A DNA stretch of 64,000 nt from assembly GCA_036273215.1 (NCBI GenBank), contig DASUIC010000067.1, positions 2,897 through 66,896 on the forward strand. The letters are read 5' to 3'. Position 1 is the stretch's first letter, and each line of letters begins with the position of its first letter. This DNA is from Sphingomicrobium sp. (GTDB taxonomy: Bacteria; Pseudomonadota; Alphaproteobacteria; Sphingomonadales; Sphingomonadaceae). The notes under the pieces are model-generated. The model searched no databases and had not been told where the DNA came from. It saw only the letters and a list, made by a program, of their open reading frames with translations. The position numbers and the translations under genes were made by a program. Of the stretch, positions 17,519 through 27,854 are shown in pieces.

Positions 17519-20011
17519 ATGAAGATCGCCTGCATCGGCGGCGGGCCGGCCGGGCTCTATTTCGCCATCTCGATGAAGCTGCGCGATGCGCGCCATGAGG
17601 TCGAGCTGTTCGAGCGCAATCCGCCGGGCGTGACCTTCGGCTGGGGCGTGGTCTTTTCCGACCTCACGGTCGAGAACATCACCGCCAACGATCTGGTCTC
17701 CGCTGAGGCGATCACCAGCGAGTTCGCGCACTGGGACGACATCGACGTCCATTTCAAAGGTGAGACGATCACGTCGGGCGGGCACGGCTTCATCGGCATC
17801 GGCCGCAAACGCCTGCTCGAAATATTGCAGAACCGCGCGCGCGAACTCGGGGTCGTGCTGCACTTCGAAGCAGAGTGCGATCCTGCCGATTCGAAGTGGC
17901 GGAACTACGATCTCGTCATCGCCTCCGACGGCGCCAATTCGCGCTTCCGCGACGCGGACCCGCAAGCGTTCGGAGTCGACATTGACGTCCGCGCCAACAA
18001 GTTCGTCTGGCTCGGCACGACCAAGGTCTTCGACGCCTTCACCTTCGCCTTCGAGGAGACCGAGCACGGCTGGATCTGGGCGCACGCCTACCGCTTCGCG
18101 CCCGATTGCTCGACCTTCATCGTCGAATGTTCGGAGGAAACCTGGCGCAACTTCGGCTTCGACAAAATGTCGCAGCAGGAGAGCATCGCCGCGTGCGAGC
18201 GGCTGTTCGCCAAGTACCTCGACGGGCATAAGCTGCAGTCGAACGCATCGCACCTGGTCGGAAGCGCGGCCTGGCTCAACTTCCGCCGCATCAAGTGCGA
18301 ACGCTGGACCAGCGGCAACACCATCCTCCTCGGCGACGCCGCGCATACGGCGCATTTCTCGATCGGCAGCGGCAGCAAGCTCGCTCTCGAGGATGCGATT
18401 AAGTTGGCGAATGTGCTGACGCGCGTTTCCTCCCCATCGCAGAGCGATGGGGAAGGGGACCATGCGGAGCATGGTGGAGGGGATCGAAGTGCGCGGCATG
18501 CCGGAGGCATGCCGATTGCGCGAGATCGGACGCGAGAGGCGTCCGTGAGCGCCGAGTCAGTCACCCCTCCACCGCCTTCGGCGGTTCCCCTCCCCACCGC
18601 TTCGCGGGAGGGAGGAACGCTGTCCCTCGAAGCCGCGCTCGACGAATATCAGGCGGAGCGCAGCCTCGAAGTGCTCAAGCTCCAGAACAGCGCACGCAAT
18701 TCGACCGAATGGTTCGAGACACTCGAGCGCTACACCCATTTCGAGCCGCTGCAGTTCGCTTACTCGCTGCTCACGCGCAGCCAGCGGATCAGCCACGAAA
18801 ATTTGCGGCTGCGCGACCGCGAATGGCTGGAGACGGTCGAACGCTGGTTCTGGAAGCGCGCGACGGCGGGCAAGTCGAATACAACCGCGCCGCCGATGTT
18901 CGCCCCCTTCAAGCTGCGCGAAATGAAGGTCGAAAACCGCATCGTCGTCTCGCCGATGGACATGTATTCGGCGGTGGACGGCGTGCCGAACGACTTCCAC
19001 TTCGTCCATTACGGCGAGCGCGCGCTCGGCGGCGCGGGGCTGGTCTTCACCGAGATGACCTGCGTTTCGCCCGAGGGCCGCATCAGCCCCGGTTGCACCG
19101 GCATGTGGAACGCCGGTCACGTCGCCGCGTGGAAGCGGATCGTCGATTTCGTCCATGCCAACTCGAAGGCGAAGATCTGCCTCCAGCTCGGCCATTCCGG
19201 CGGCAAGGGGTCGACCAGGGTCGGGTGGGAAGGCAACGACGTCCCGCTCGACGAGGGCAATTGGCCGGTGATTGCAGCAAGCGACGTGCGCTGGTCGGCG
19301 GCCAACCAGGTGCCGACGCCGATGACCCGCGCCGACATGGACGCGGTGCGAGACCAGTTCGTCGCCGCGGTGCGCATGGGTGTCGAGGCGGGCTTCGACA
19401 TGGTCGAGCTCCACGCCGCCCACGGCTATTTGCTCGCCGGATTCATCAGCCCGCTGCAGAACAGGCGCACCGACGACTATGGCGGCTCCCTCGAGAACCG
19501 GCTCCGCTATCCGCTCGAAGTCTTCGCCGCGATGCGCGAGGCGTGGCCGGGCGACCGGCCGATGTCGGTCCGAATCTCGGCGACCGACTGGGCCGGCGAC
19601 GAGGGCATCACGCCCGAGGACGCGGTCGAGATCGGCGAAGCCTTCGCGCGAGAAGGCGCGGACCTGATTGACGTGTCCGCGGGGCAGACCTGGGCGGGCC
19701 AGCAGCCGGTCTACGGCCGGATGTTCCAGACCCCCTTCAGCGACCGCGTCCGCAACGAGGGCAGGCTCGCGACCATGGCGGTCGGCAACATCTACGAGCC
19801 CGACCACGCCAATTCGATCCTTGCCGCCGGCCGCGCGGACCTGGTGGCGCTGGCGAGGCCGCACTTGATCGACCCGTTCTGGACCCTCCGCGCCGCCGCT
19901 GCGCTGGACTACCGCGACGTCCACTGCCCACCCCAGTACCTCAACGGCCTCGCCCAGCTCGCCCGCAACCTGAAGCGCGACGCCGAGGCCGCGGCAGCGC
20001 TCAGGGTGTGA
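17519..20011 (+). CDS. Bifunctional salicylyl-CoA 5-hydroxylase / anthraniloyl-CoA monooxygenase-oxidoreductase, with in-frame repeat insertion
   Basis: FAD domain [32 protein letters not shown]; OYE domain [31 protein letters not shown]. Confidence 0.92.
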   Translation: MKIACIGGGPAGLYFAISMKLRDARHEVELFERNPPGVTFGWGVVFSDLTVENITANDLVSAEAITSEFAHWDDIDVHFKGETITSGGHGFIGIGRKRLLEILQNRARELGVVLHFEAECDPADSKWRNYDLVIASDGANSRFRDADPQAFGVDIDVRANKFVWLGTTKVFDAFTFAFEETEHGWIWAHAYRFAPDCSTFIVECSEETWRNFGFDKMSQQESIAACERLFAKYLDGHKLQSNASHLVGSAAWLNFRRIKCERWTSGNTILLGDAAHTAHFSIGSGSKLALEDAIKLANVLTRVSSPSQSDGEGDHAEHGGGDRSARHAGGMPIARDRTREASVSAESVTPPPPSAVPLPTASREGGTLSLEAALDEYQAERSLEVLKLQNSARNSTEWFETLERYTHFEPLQFAYSLLTRSQRISHENLRLRDREWLETVERWFWKRATAGKSNTTAPPMFAPFKLREMKVENRIVVSPMDMYSAVDGVPNDFHFVHYGERALGGAGLVFTEMTCVSPEGRISPGCTGMWNAGHVAAWKRIVDFVHANSKAKICLQLGHSGGKGSTRVGWEGNDVPLDEGNWPVIAASDVRWSAANQVPTPMTRADMDAVRDQFVAAVRMGVEAGFDMVELHAAHGYLLAGFISPLQNRRTDDYGGSLENRLRYPLEVFAAMREAWPGDRPMSVRISATDWAGDEGITPEDAVEIGEAFAREGADLIDVSAGQTWAGQQPVYGRMFQTPFSDRVRNEGRLATMAVGNIYEPDHANSILAAGRADLVALARPHLIDPFWTLRAAAALDYRDVHCPPQYLNGLAQLARNLKRDAEAAAALRV
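18427..18617. repeat. ~190-bp multi-hairpin palindromic element, copy B (in frame inside CDS)
   Basis: Homologous to 12052-12240; translated as [35 protein letters not shown]...[17 protein letters not shown]. Confidence 0.92.
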
Positions 20012-20132
20012 TGCGTTCTGGCGCCGACTTTGCAGCCAGGAAAAGCCGGATGCCAGCGGGGGGCGCCACTGGAGCATCCCATTGCGCTGACGGGTTGTTG
20101 CCCGGTTCAGCGGCAGCGCCTAAGCGCGCGCC

Positions 20133-21146
20133 GTGGCCGCGACAATCCTTCCCCTGACCGCTGACCGTTCGTCCTCGCTCGACGGGCTGATGGCGCTCGT
20201 CGCCGCCGACATGAACGGAGTCAACGCGGTCATCCTCGAGCGCATGCAAAGCAAGGTTGCTCTCATCCCCGAGCTTGCGGGACATCTGATCGCCGGCGGC
20301 GGCAAGCGGATGCGGCCGATGCTGACGCTGGCCTGCGCCAGCCTGCTCGGCTACCCCGGAACGCGTCATCACAAGCTCGCCGCCGCCGTCGAGTTCATCC
20401 ATACTGCGACGCTCCTCCACGACGATGTCGTCGACGGCTCCGGAATGCGCCGCGGCAAGCGGACGGCGAACATCATCTGGGGCAATTCGGCGAGCGTCCT
20501 GGTCGGCGATTTCCTGTTCAGCCGCGCGTTCGAGCTGATGGTCGAGGACGGAAGCCTTCGCGTGCTGAAGATTCTCAGCCACGCGTCCGCGGTCATCGCG
20601 GAAGGCGAGGTCGAGCAGCTCACCGCGCAGCGCCGGATCGAGACCGACGAAGATCATTATCTGCAGATCATCGCGGCCAAAACGGCGGCCTTGTTCGCGG
20701 CCGCGTGCCGCGTATCGCCCGTCGTCGCCGAGGCGAGCGAGGAAGCCGAGCTCGCGCTCGAATGCTACGGCCGCAACCTCGGAATCGCCTTCCAGCTCAG
20801 CGATGATGTCATCGATTATGCGTCAGACGAAGCAACCATGGGCAAGGGCGTCGGCGACGATTTCCGCGACGGGAAGATGACGCTACCCGTGATCCTCGCT
20901 TATTCGCGAGCGAGCGAGGCGGACCGCTCGTTCTGGCGCTCGGCGATTGCTGGCGAGCGCGCGTCGGACGAGGACCTCGCCCACGCAACGGCGCTTCTCA
21001 AGTCCACCGATGCGCTCGCCGACACAATCGAACGCGCGCGCCAGTACGGTCGCCGAGCGATCGACGCGCTCGGCCCGTTCGCAGCAAGCAAAGCGAAGTC
21101 CGCGCTGGTCGAAGCAGCCGAGTTCGCGGTCGCCCGCGCTTATTGA
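20133..21146 (+). CDS. ispB: Polyprenyl diphosphate synthase
   Basis: [38 protein letters not shown]. Confidence 0.9.
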   Translation: MAATILPLTADRSSSLDGLMALVAADMNGVNAVILERMQSKVALIPELAGHLIAGGGKRMRPMLTLACASLLGYPGTRHHKLAAAVEFIHTATLLHDDVVDGSGMRRGKRTANIIWGNSASVLVGDFLFSRAFELMVEDGSLRVLKILSHASAVIAEGEVEQLTAQRRIETDEDHYLQIIAAKTAALFAAACRVSPVVAEASEEAELALECYGRNLGIAFQLSDDVIDYASDEATMGKGVGDDFRDGKMTLPVILAYSRASEADRSFWRSAIAGERASDEDLAHATALLKSTDALADTIERARQYGRRAIDALGPFAASKAKSALVEAAEFAVARAY

Positions 21147-21208
21147 TTTCCAAGCCGAGGGCGCGCCTTATCGCATCGCAAATCGAGGTGGGTTGAGAGG
21201 TTGTTTTC

Positions 21209-23119
21209 ATGCGTCTTACGGTCGCCGCGCTCGGCGCGATCCTGTCGGTTCCGGCAAGCGCCGCCACGCTGCACGAATATGGGTCAATCGCGCTCAGTCC
21301 ATCCGGCGACAGGGTTGCGGCAATCGAAAGCGATTCCGTGGCCGATTCCACGGCCACGCCGCATGGGCGGATCGTCATCCGCTCCGCCTCGACGGGAGCC
21401 GTCCTTTCGACCCTCGATCCCTGTCCGTCTTGCGATTATTCGAACCTCACCTTCGCCCCGGACGGACGACTCGCGTTTCTCGAATCGGGCAACGGCAGCA
21501 CACAGCTGATGGTCGCCGGCGCGGGAGCGCCGGTCGCGCTGACCAGGATCGACGGAATTGCGCAGGCTCCTCGCTTTTCACCCGATGGACGGCGGATTGC
21601 GCTGCTTGTCACGGTCGGCGCGCGCAAGAAGGCAGGTGCGACCCAGGCCGGCGTTCGGCAGGTCGGCGAAATCGGCGAGCAGAATGACGAGCAGCGGATT
21701 GCAATCCTGCCGGCCTCGGGCGGAGCCCTGGCGCTTGTCTCACCCGCCGACCGTTACGTTTACGAATACGACTGGATTCCCGATGGAAGCGGATTCGTCG
21801 CGACCTCCGCGCTAGGCAATGGCGACGACAATTGGTGGATCGCCGAGCTCGACCGGATCGATGCGTCGACTGGGGCCGTTCAGCGGATCGCCGCGCCCAA
21901 CATGCAGATGAATCAGCCGCGTGTGTCACCCGATGGACGCACGGTCGCCTTCATCGGCGGAATCATGAGCGACTTCGGGTCGGTCGGGGGCGACGTTTAC
22001 ACGGTTCCGATCGCAGGCGGCGAACCGGTCGACCGGACGCCGGGTTACCGAGGTACGTTCACATCGTTGCTCTGGGGCAAGTCGGGTCTCGTGACCTCGG
22101 CGCTGATCGGCGACCGCGACGCGATTGTTCCGTTTGGCGCCGCCAATGTTCCCCGCCCGCCCATTTGGTCGGCGCCGGTTTCCATCTCGGCGGGGGATGC
22201 AAGAATTGCGCGCTCCGAGAATGGCCGCAGCGTCGCATTCGAAGAGCAGGATTTCGAGCACGCACCTGCGATCTACGCCGGGCCGTCCGGCAGCCCCCGC
22301 AAAATCACCCACGACAATGACGCGTGGCGGCCGCTCGTGAGGGCGCAGAGCCTTAGCTGGCAGAGCGGGCCATTCACGGTTCAAGGGTGGCTGCTCGCGC
22401 CGCTCACTACCATCGCTGCAAAGGCGCCGATGGTCACCAACGTCCACGGCGGTCCCGCCGCGGCGAACAGTGCGAGGTTCGTGTGGGAAGGGACCAATGC
22501 CGATCTCGCGCGCGCTGGATACTATCTCTTCCTGCCGAATCCGCGAGGCAGCTACGGTCAGGGCGAAGCCTTTACCCGCGCGAACATTCGCGATTTCGGC
22601 GGCGGCGACCTCAAGGACATCCTCGCCGGCGTGGATGCGGCCGAGCGCGCGGCGCCGATCGACGACAATCGCCTGGGGCTGATGGGCTACAGCTATGGCG
22701 GCTTTATGGGGATGTGGGCGAACACACAGACCGATCGGTTCAAGGCCATCGTCGTCGGCGGAGGCCTTTCGGACTGGCTTAGCTATTACGGCACGAATGG
22801 GATCGACAAGTGGATGATCCCTTATTTCGGGAAGTCGCTATACGACGATGCAGCGCCTTATTGGGCCGCCTCGGCCATCCGCACGATCAAGAATGCGAAG
22901 ACCCCCACATTCATTTTCGCAGGCGAACGCGACATCGAGGTGCCGCCGACGCAGTCCATCGAATATTGGCATGCGCTGAAGGCAATGAACGTTCCCGTGA
23001 GCCTCGTGATCTACCCGGGCGAGGGACACGGAATCCGTGAGCCCGAACACGCGCTGGATGCGCGCCGGCGGACGGTAGCCTGGTTCGATCGCTATCTCGG
23101 CGCGCCCTCGGGCAAATAG
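21209..23119 (+). CDS. Secreted S9 family peptidase
   Basis: Signal peptide, SPDG propeller repeats, VHGGP, GYSYGG, GERD..VP, YPGEGH. Confidence 0.92.
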   Translation: MRLTVAALGAILSVPASAATLHEYGSIALSPSGDRVAAIESDSVADSTATPHGRIVIRSASTGAVLSTLDPCPSCDYSNLTFAPDGRLAFLESGNGSTQLMVAGAGAPVALTRIDGIAQAPRFSPDGRRIALLVTVGARKKAGATQAGVRQVGEIGEQNDEQRIAILPASGGALALVSPADRYVYEYDWIPDGSGFVATSALGNGDDNWWIAELDRIDASTGAVQRIAAPNMQMNQPRVSPDGRTVAFIGGIMSDFGSVGGDVYTVPIAGGEPVDRTPGYRGTFTSLLWGKSGLVTSALIGDRDAIVPFGAANVPRPPIWSAPVSISAGDARIARSENGRSVAFEEQDFEHAPAIYAGPSGSPRKITHDNDAWRPLVRAQSLSWQSGPFTVQGWLLAPLTTIAAKAPMVTNVHGGPAAANSARFVWEGTNADLARAGYYLFLPNPRGSYGQGEAFTRANIRDFGGGDLKDILAGVDAAERAAPIDDNRLGLMGYSYGGFMGMWANTQTDRFKAIVVGGGLSDWLSYYGTNGIDKWMIPYFGKSLYDDAAPYWAASAIRTIKNAKTPTFIFAGERDIEVPPTQSIEYWHALKAMNVPVSLVIYPGEGHGIREPEHALDARRRTVAWFDRYLGAPSGK

Positions 23120-23166
23120 AGGCGCACTCTTGATTACAAGTCCGCACTTTGCCACTCGGAGCGAGG

Positions 23167-23448
23167 ATGACGACGGCCCGCATCACCGAGCTCGAACGCA
23201 AGACCACCCAGTCGGGTAAGGCCAACGCCGGGAAATGGCTTCTCGAGTTCGAGCGTCGGGAAGGTCACAGGCCCGACCCGCTGACTGGCTGGAACGGCTC
23301 TGGCGACACCAATCCGCAAGTCCGGATGATCTTCCCGACCAAGGAGGCGGCGATCTCTTATTGCGAGAAGCACGGTCTGGATTTCCACGTGCTCCCCGCC
23401 CCGCCGGTGCGGCTCAAGATCCAGGCCTATGCCGACAATTTCCGATAG
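23167..23448 (+). CDS. ETC complex I subunit (NDUFS4-like) family protein
   Basis: TTQSG, WLLEF, DPLTGW.GSGD, F.TKEAA, YADNF. Confidence 0.9.
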   Translation: MTTARITELERKTTQSGKANAGKWLLEFERREGHRPDPLTGWNGSGDTNPQVRMIFPTKEAAISYCEKHGLDFHVLPAPPVRLKIQAYADNFR

Positions 23449-23515
23449 GCCCGCAGCCTGGGTTGAAGTCGCCGTCTAGCCAAGGCAGATTGCCCCTGCC
23501 GAGCTAGGGGGAAGG

Positions 23516-24637
23516 CTGCCATTCGCGGACATTTGGCTCGTCGTCGGGACCAGGCCTGAAGCCATCAAGCTTGCACCCGTCGCCTATGCGCTTCGCCAGC
23601 GCGGGCTGATGCCGACACTCATCTTTACGGGCCAGCATCCGGACCTCGATCCGGAAGACTATGGGCTTTCATCCTACCCATTAATTCGGCTCGGCTGCCG
23701 CGGTGAGGAGGATCCGCACCGCCACGTCCGCGCGGTGACGCTTGCGCTCCTGCCCGCGCTGAGTGCCGGCCCCGACCTGCTTGTCGTCCAAGGAGATACG
23801 GCGAGCGCGCTCGGGGCGGCTCTTGCAGGCTTCACTGCAGGCGTTCCGATTGCCCATGTCGAAGCCGGCCTCAGGACCAACGACCCGCTGCTGCCGTGGC
23901 CCGAGGAGGAGTATCGAACAGCGATCGACGCCGAGGCGGACTTGCTGTTCGCGCCGACCGAACTCGCTGCCCGCAATCTCCGCGCCGAGCAGGTGCCCGG
24001 CGAAGTGCACGTAACCGGCAACACCGGCATCGACGCGCTGCTGGCGATCGAACCCGCGCTGCCCAAGCGCCGGGCTCCGCGTGCGCTCCCTCAGCTTCTC
24101 GTCACCTGCCATCGACGCGAAAGCTGGGGCGAGGGGTTGGAGTCGATTGCGGCTGCTCTCCGCCAAATCGCCACTGCCGCGCAGATCGACTTCGTCCTTC
24201 ATCCGAACCCGCATATTGCCGCGGCCATCGGAGCCTTGCTCGACGGGGTCGCGAGGATCACGTTGCTTGCCCCTTGCGGCCATCGCGAATTGCTCGAGCG
24301 CATGCGCCAGGCGGACCTGATCCTCAGCGATTCCGGCGGCATCCAGGAGGAAGCGCCGGTGCTCGGCGTCCCGCTCCTCGTGCTTCGTGAAAAGACCGAA
24401 CGGCCCGAAGGTATCGCCGCCGGCAATGCGCTGCTCGTGGGAACCGATGCCAGGATCATCATTCGCGAAGCGCAGCGATTGTTGAAGGATCGGGAAGCGC
24501 TCGCACGAATGGCGAGACCCTGCTTCCCCTACGGCGACGGCCGCGCCGCCCCGCGTATCGCGACGATGATCGAGGATTGGCTGGAAGATCGACGCACGAT
24601 TTCACGACGATTTACGCCAGTCCCACCGACTGCCTAG
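23516..24637 (+). CDS. wecB: UDP-N-acetylglucosamine 2-epimerase (non-hydrolysing); probable non-canonical start
   Basis: VVGTRPEAIKLAPV lies in frame upstream of the first ATG (23609); TGQH, VQGDT, HVEAGLR, SDSGGIQEE, TERPE, PYGDG. Confidence 0.88.
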   Translation: MPFADIWLVVGTRPEAIKLAPVAYALRQRGLMPTLIFTGQHPDLDPEDYGLSSYPLIRLGCRGEEDPHRHVRAVTLALLPALSAGPDLLVVQGDTASALGAALAGFTAGVPIAHVEAGLRTNDPLLPWPEEEYRTAIDAEADLLFAPTELAARNLRAEQVPGEVHVTGNTGIDALLAIEPALPKRRAPRALPQLLVTCHRRESWGEGLESIAAALRQIATAAQIDFVLHPNPHIAAAIGALLDGVARITLLAPCGHRELLERMRQADLILSDSGGIQEEAPVLGVPLLVLREKTERPEGIAAGNALLVGTDARIIIREAQRLLKDREALARMARPCFPYGDGRAAPRIATMIEDWLEDRRTISRRFTPVPPTA

Positions 24638-24745
24638 CGCCGGTCTTTCGGGCGAGCGCGCCGCCCGGGCAGAAAACACATTCCACCCGCGTAATCGCAG
24701 GCACTACAGGCGCTGATCTGAGTTAAGTTTCCTGGAACGGATTCG

Positions 24746-24904
24746 ATGACCCGTGAACTCATAGGCGGATTCCCGGCGGCCAATGACCGCGAGCAGATGG
24801 GGCGGTTTCTCCACTACGCATTCCCGCTCGGCCCGGGCTCATTCGAGGAACTGCTTGGCAGGCTCGAAGAAGAGAAAAGGGCAAAGCCGAAGCCCGCCAA
24901 TTGA
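24746..24904 (+). CDS. 52-aa small protein, NepR-like anti-sigma pattern
   Basis: MTRELIGGFPAANDREQMGRFLHYAFPLGPGSFEELLGRLEEEK...; below ORF-track cutoff; weak RBS. Confidence 0.45.
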   Translation: MTRELIGGFPAANDREQMGRFLHYAFPLGPGSFEELLGRLEEEKRAKPKPAN

Positions 24905-24941
24905 TGCCCGCAACGGGCGGAAAGCGGACGCTGACGGATCA

Positions 24942-25913
24942 TCAGGTGCGGAAGGTGAGTCTTGCGATCGTTCCTGGGCCGGATTCAAAAGCCAGCGTGC
25001 CGTGGAGCTGGTCCGCCAGGCTGTGGAGAATTCCCTGGCCGAGGCTGTTCTTTTTGGTTTTTCCAAAATCCTTCGGCAGGCCGGGCCCGTCGTCCGCGAC
25101 CGACAAGGTATAGCCGCCGCGGTGGGCGCCAATTGTGATGGCAATCCGTCCGTCCGTGCGATCAGCGAATGCATGCTTCAGGCTGTTGGTCACGAGCTCC
25201 GCGACAATCAATGACAAGGACATCAGGCCATTGAGGCTCAAGGCCATGGCCGGACTGTCGACCGTCAGGCGGACCTCGGGTGTATCGCTCGCGTTGATCA
25301 AATCTGCGCACAAAGCCTCGAGATAGGTTTGCAAGGGCTGATCGAGGGATTTCGGATCGTGCAGCCGCCGATGCACCCGGGACATCGTCTCGAGGCGCGT
25401 CTGCGCCGATTCCAGCGCTTCGGCGCAGACGGGATGGGACTTGAGCAGCTTTCTGCGCCGCATCAGTACCGCGGCCACGAACTGGAGGTTGTTCGCAACG
25501 CGATGCTGCAATTCTCTGAACAGCACGTTCGAACGTTCGCGCGCCTCCGACAATTCGTCGATGGCGACGTTAAGGGTGCGGATGACATACAGCTCAAGCA
25601 CCGCGGTCACGACAAATACGACCATGGTGACGATCTGCGCTGTGTCGAGGATGAACGTGCCGTAGGGCGGGAAGAACATCACCCAGGCAACAAAGGTGCA
25701 GACGAGTGCGACCGCGATGCCAATGCGGATTCCACCGAACAGGCCTGACAGCAGGATCGCGGGCAGGAAGGTCATCGGTCCAAAGCCCTCGCTGATCCCG
25801 CCCAGGAGCCAGCGGAGGGTCGATGCGAGGGCGAAGAAACCGGCGCCTACTGCGACGCCCAAGGCCGGGCGATCGCGTGGCAGCTTGCGGAATGCGCTTG
25901 AAATCCTCGTCAC
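24942..25913 (-). CDS. Membrane sensor histidine kinase, HisKA_2/HWE type with DUF4118-like TM domain
   Basis: Four TMs; ELQHRVANNLQ; ELVTNSLKHAF; DDGPG; LGQGI. Confidence 0.88.
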   Translation of the reverse strand: MTRISSAFRKLPRDRPALGVAVGAGFFALASTLRWLLGGISEGFGPMTFLPAILLSGLFGGIRIGIAVALVCTFVAWVMFFPPYGTFILDTAQIVTMVVFVVTAVLELYVIRTLNVAIDELSEARERSNVLFRELQHRVANNLQFVAAVLMRRRKLLKSHPVCAEALESAQTRLETMSRVHRRLHDPKSLDQPLQTYLEALCADLINASDTPEVRLTVDSPAMALSLNGLMSLSLIVAELVTNSLKHAFADRTDGRIAITIGAHRGGYTLSVADDGPGLPKDFGKTKKNSLGQGILHSLADQLHGTLAFESGPGTIARLTFRT

Positions 25914-26229
25914 GAATTTCGCTTCCCCACCCCAGGGTCGGCCATTTCCCGGCAAAAGACAATCGACCGGCGCGAGTCGAACGGAGCATCTCTATGGTGG
26001 ATGCGAAGCGGACACGATGGGTTCCCGCCATGAAACTCAGTGCTCTGCGGGCGATGTCTCCACGCGCATGATCCTGATTGGGCGCTCGTGTCCGTCAAAA
26101 TGGGGCCAGCTGATACAGATCTTCGCGCCAGTCCACGCCAGATCAAGCCTTGTGATTCCTGACGAATGAGCCGGGCTTTTGCGGGTAATCAAGGCCGCGG
26201 ATCATCGCCGCGCTCGACCGGATATTCCC

Positions 26230-26388
26230 TCATCTTTCGGAGGAATGGGGAGCCAGCACCGCGGGCGGATCGCTTGCCGGAAAGGACGCCTCGAGGGCCT
26301 CGTCGAGCGATTGCTCGCGGCGATTGATCCTCCTTGCCGCGGTCTGCGCATCCTCGTTGTGCGCAGCATTCTGCTGTTTGCGACTCAT
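26230..26388 (-). CDS. Small hydrophilic protein with DEALEASFPASDPP motif
   Basis: 52 aa; motif recurs in small proteobacterial hypothetical proteins. Confidence 0.7.
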   Translation of the reverse strand: MSRKQQNAAHNEDAQTAARRINRREQSLDEALEASFPASDPPAVLAPHSSER

Positions 26389-26590
26389 GCACGTCTTCCG
26401 CTGCAGTGCGTGGCGATCAACGAGCGAGATCATACGCCCCGGAAGTGCCGGAGTCCCGATGGATCGTATGCGCCATTCGATCTCCATGGCGGGAAGGCGG
26501 TTGCAATGAGTTGACGCCGGCCGTCCGTGCGCCGCGCCCAGTTTGCCGCGCTCGGCAGTTGAAGCGGCGGGGCAGGTGGTTGCCTCCCAT

Positions 26591-27205
26591 TCAGCCATTG
26601 CGGAACCTCGCGCCCCGCGCTTCGAGCATGGATTTCCAGAACGGTTTCTTCGAGTCAGCCTGAAGCGACGCCTCCACCCGCTGCAGCTCCGGGATATAAT
26701 GTTTGAGCGTCGTCTCGACCGTGCGCTTCAAGGTCATCATGGCCGACGGGCAGCCACCGCAAGCACCGCGCATCTCGACGGTGGCGACGCCGTCGCCGTA
26801 GCTCAATAAAGTGATGCTTCCGCCGTCGCGAGCAACCCTCGGCGCGATGCGCGACCGAAGCAGGTCCGCGATCTGCTGCTCGACTGGGTCGCCGGAGCTC
26901 AGCTGCTGTTCGATCCAACGATCGAGTTCGGCGTCTTCGCCGTGTGCAAGCCCTTCGATGATCTCGCCGACGATCGCGAATTGCAGATCGGGCCATGGCT
27001 CTGCAGTCACATCGCTGCTGACCGAGATGAACTCGCTCGCGAACAATAGGTCCGTGACGCCCTGAATCTTCAGCAGCCGCTCGACCAGGGGCGGCCGACG
27101 CTCGTTCGAACGGCTGAAGGCCATCGGCTCCCGGAGCGGCAGCGGCCGCTGAAGCAGGAAGCGCCTGGCCGCCGGGTTGGGTGTGACTTCGACCCTGATC
27201 AGCAT
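26591..27205 (-). CDS. Nfu/NifU-family Fe-S carrier
   Basis: TPNP N-terminal domain, FISV, RIAPRVARDGG, MRGACGGCPSA. Confidence 0.9.
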   Translation of the reverse strand: MLIRVEVTPNPAARRFLLQRPLPLREPMAFSRSNERRPPLVERLLKIQGVTDLLFASEFISVSSDVTAEPWPDLQFAIVGEIIEGLAHGEDAELDRWIEQQLSSGDPVEQQIADLLRSRIAPRVARDGGSITLLSYGDGVATVEMRGACGGCPSAMMTLKRTVETTLKHYIPELQRVEASLQADSKKPFWKSMLEARGARFRNG

Positions 27206-27250
27206 TCTAGCTCGCGGTCCTTTGCCGGTTGTTTGCCGTCCGGTCGCGTT

Positions 27251-27583
27251 TCACCCGAACAAGATGGTCACCAGCAGCGCAGCATCTTCGATCGCGGAGA
27301 CGGAATGGCGTTGGCCGCGGTCGAGATAGAGCCAGTCGCCCGCTGTAAGCTCGATCCGCTTATCGGTCTGGAGGATGGCCCGGCCCTCGAGACAGTGGAT
27401 CGTCGCATGGCCTGGCACCGCATGCGGCGAGATCTCATCGCCCGCACGAAGCACGAGCTGGACGGCCTCGAAGGCGTCGGTCTTCACCAGCGCCCATGTC
27501 CTTGAATCAGGATCTGCCGCAGGGTCAGCTGCAGCTGCGGTGAGACGGATCTTTTCGGCCGGGAGAAGATGATGGAGAGCCAT
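27251..27583 (-). CDS. Small cupin-domain protein
   Basis: ALVKTDAFE, H.VPG..TIHCLEG, H.V.A.ED..LLVTI. Confidence 0.82.
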   Translation of the reverse strand: MALHHLLPAEKIRLTAAAADPAADPDSRTWALVKTDAFEAVQLVLRAGDEISPHAVPGHATIHCLEGRAILQTDKRIELTAGDWLYLDRGQRHSVSAIEDAALLVTILFG

Positions 27584-27773
27584 CAGCGCACCTCCGAGCG
27601 ATCGGACCCGGGTGTGATCTCAGGCAAAAGGGAAACCGGCCAGCGGGGGGAGGAGGGCCACAGGGCTGCGACGTCCCGCGCGTCGCAACCCGCACCCACG
27701 GCTCTTTTCCTTCTCATTGCGACTCTCTTTGTTGAGAATAGCTCGCATAACGCAGCAAGAGCGTCGCTTCACT

Positions 27774-27789
27774 TAAGGAGAAGTACCTA
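27774..27789. promoter_or_regulatory. Candidate FixJ-type box TAAGGAGAAGTACCTA
   Basis: Fits TAAGKA-N4-TMCSKA also seen at 31581 and 33409. Confidence 0.4.
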
Positions 27790-27854
27790 GTCGCGAGAGC
27801 TCCTTGCCGAGCGGGCGATCATGTCGATGTCTGCGGTCGCCCGATGGAAGGCAA

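Noticed and set aside
18427-18617. Intein or self-splicing intron in the monooxygenase
   Set aside because: Too short, no Cys/Ser...His-Asn splice junctions, no group I/II hallmarks; explained by the dispersed repeat
26380-26470. EcfG promoters (GGAAC-N16/17-CGTT) upstream of small stress ORFs
   Set aside because: Only degenerate matches with wrong bases or spacing
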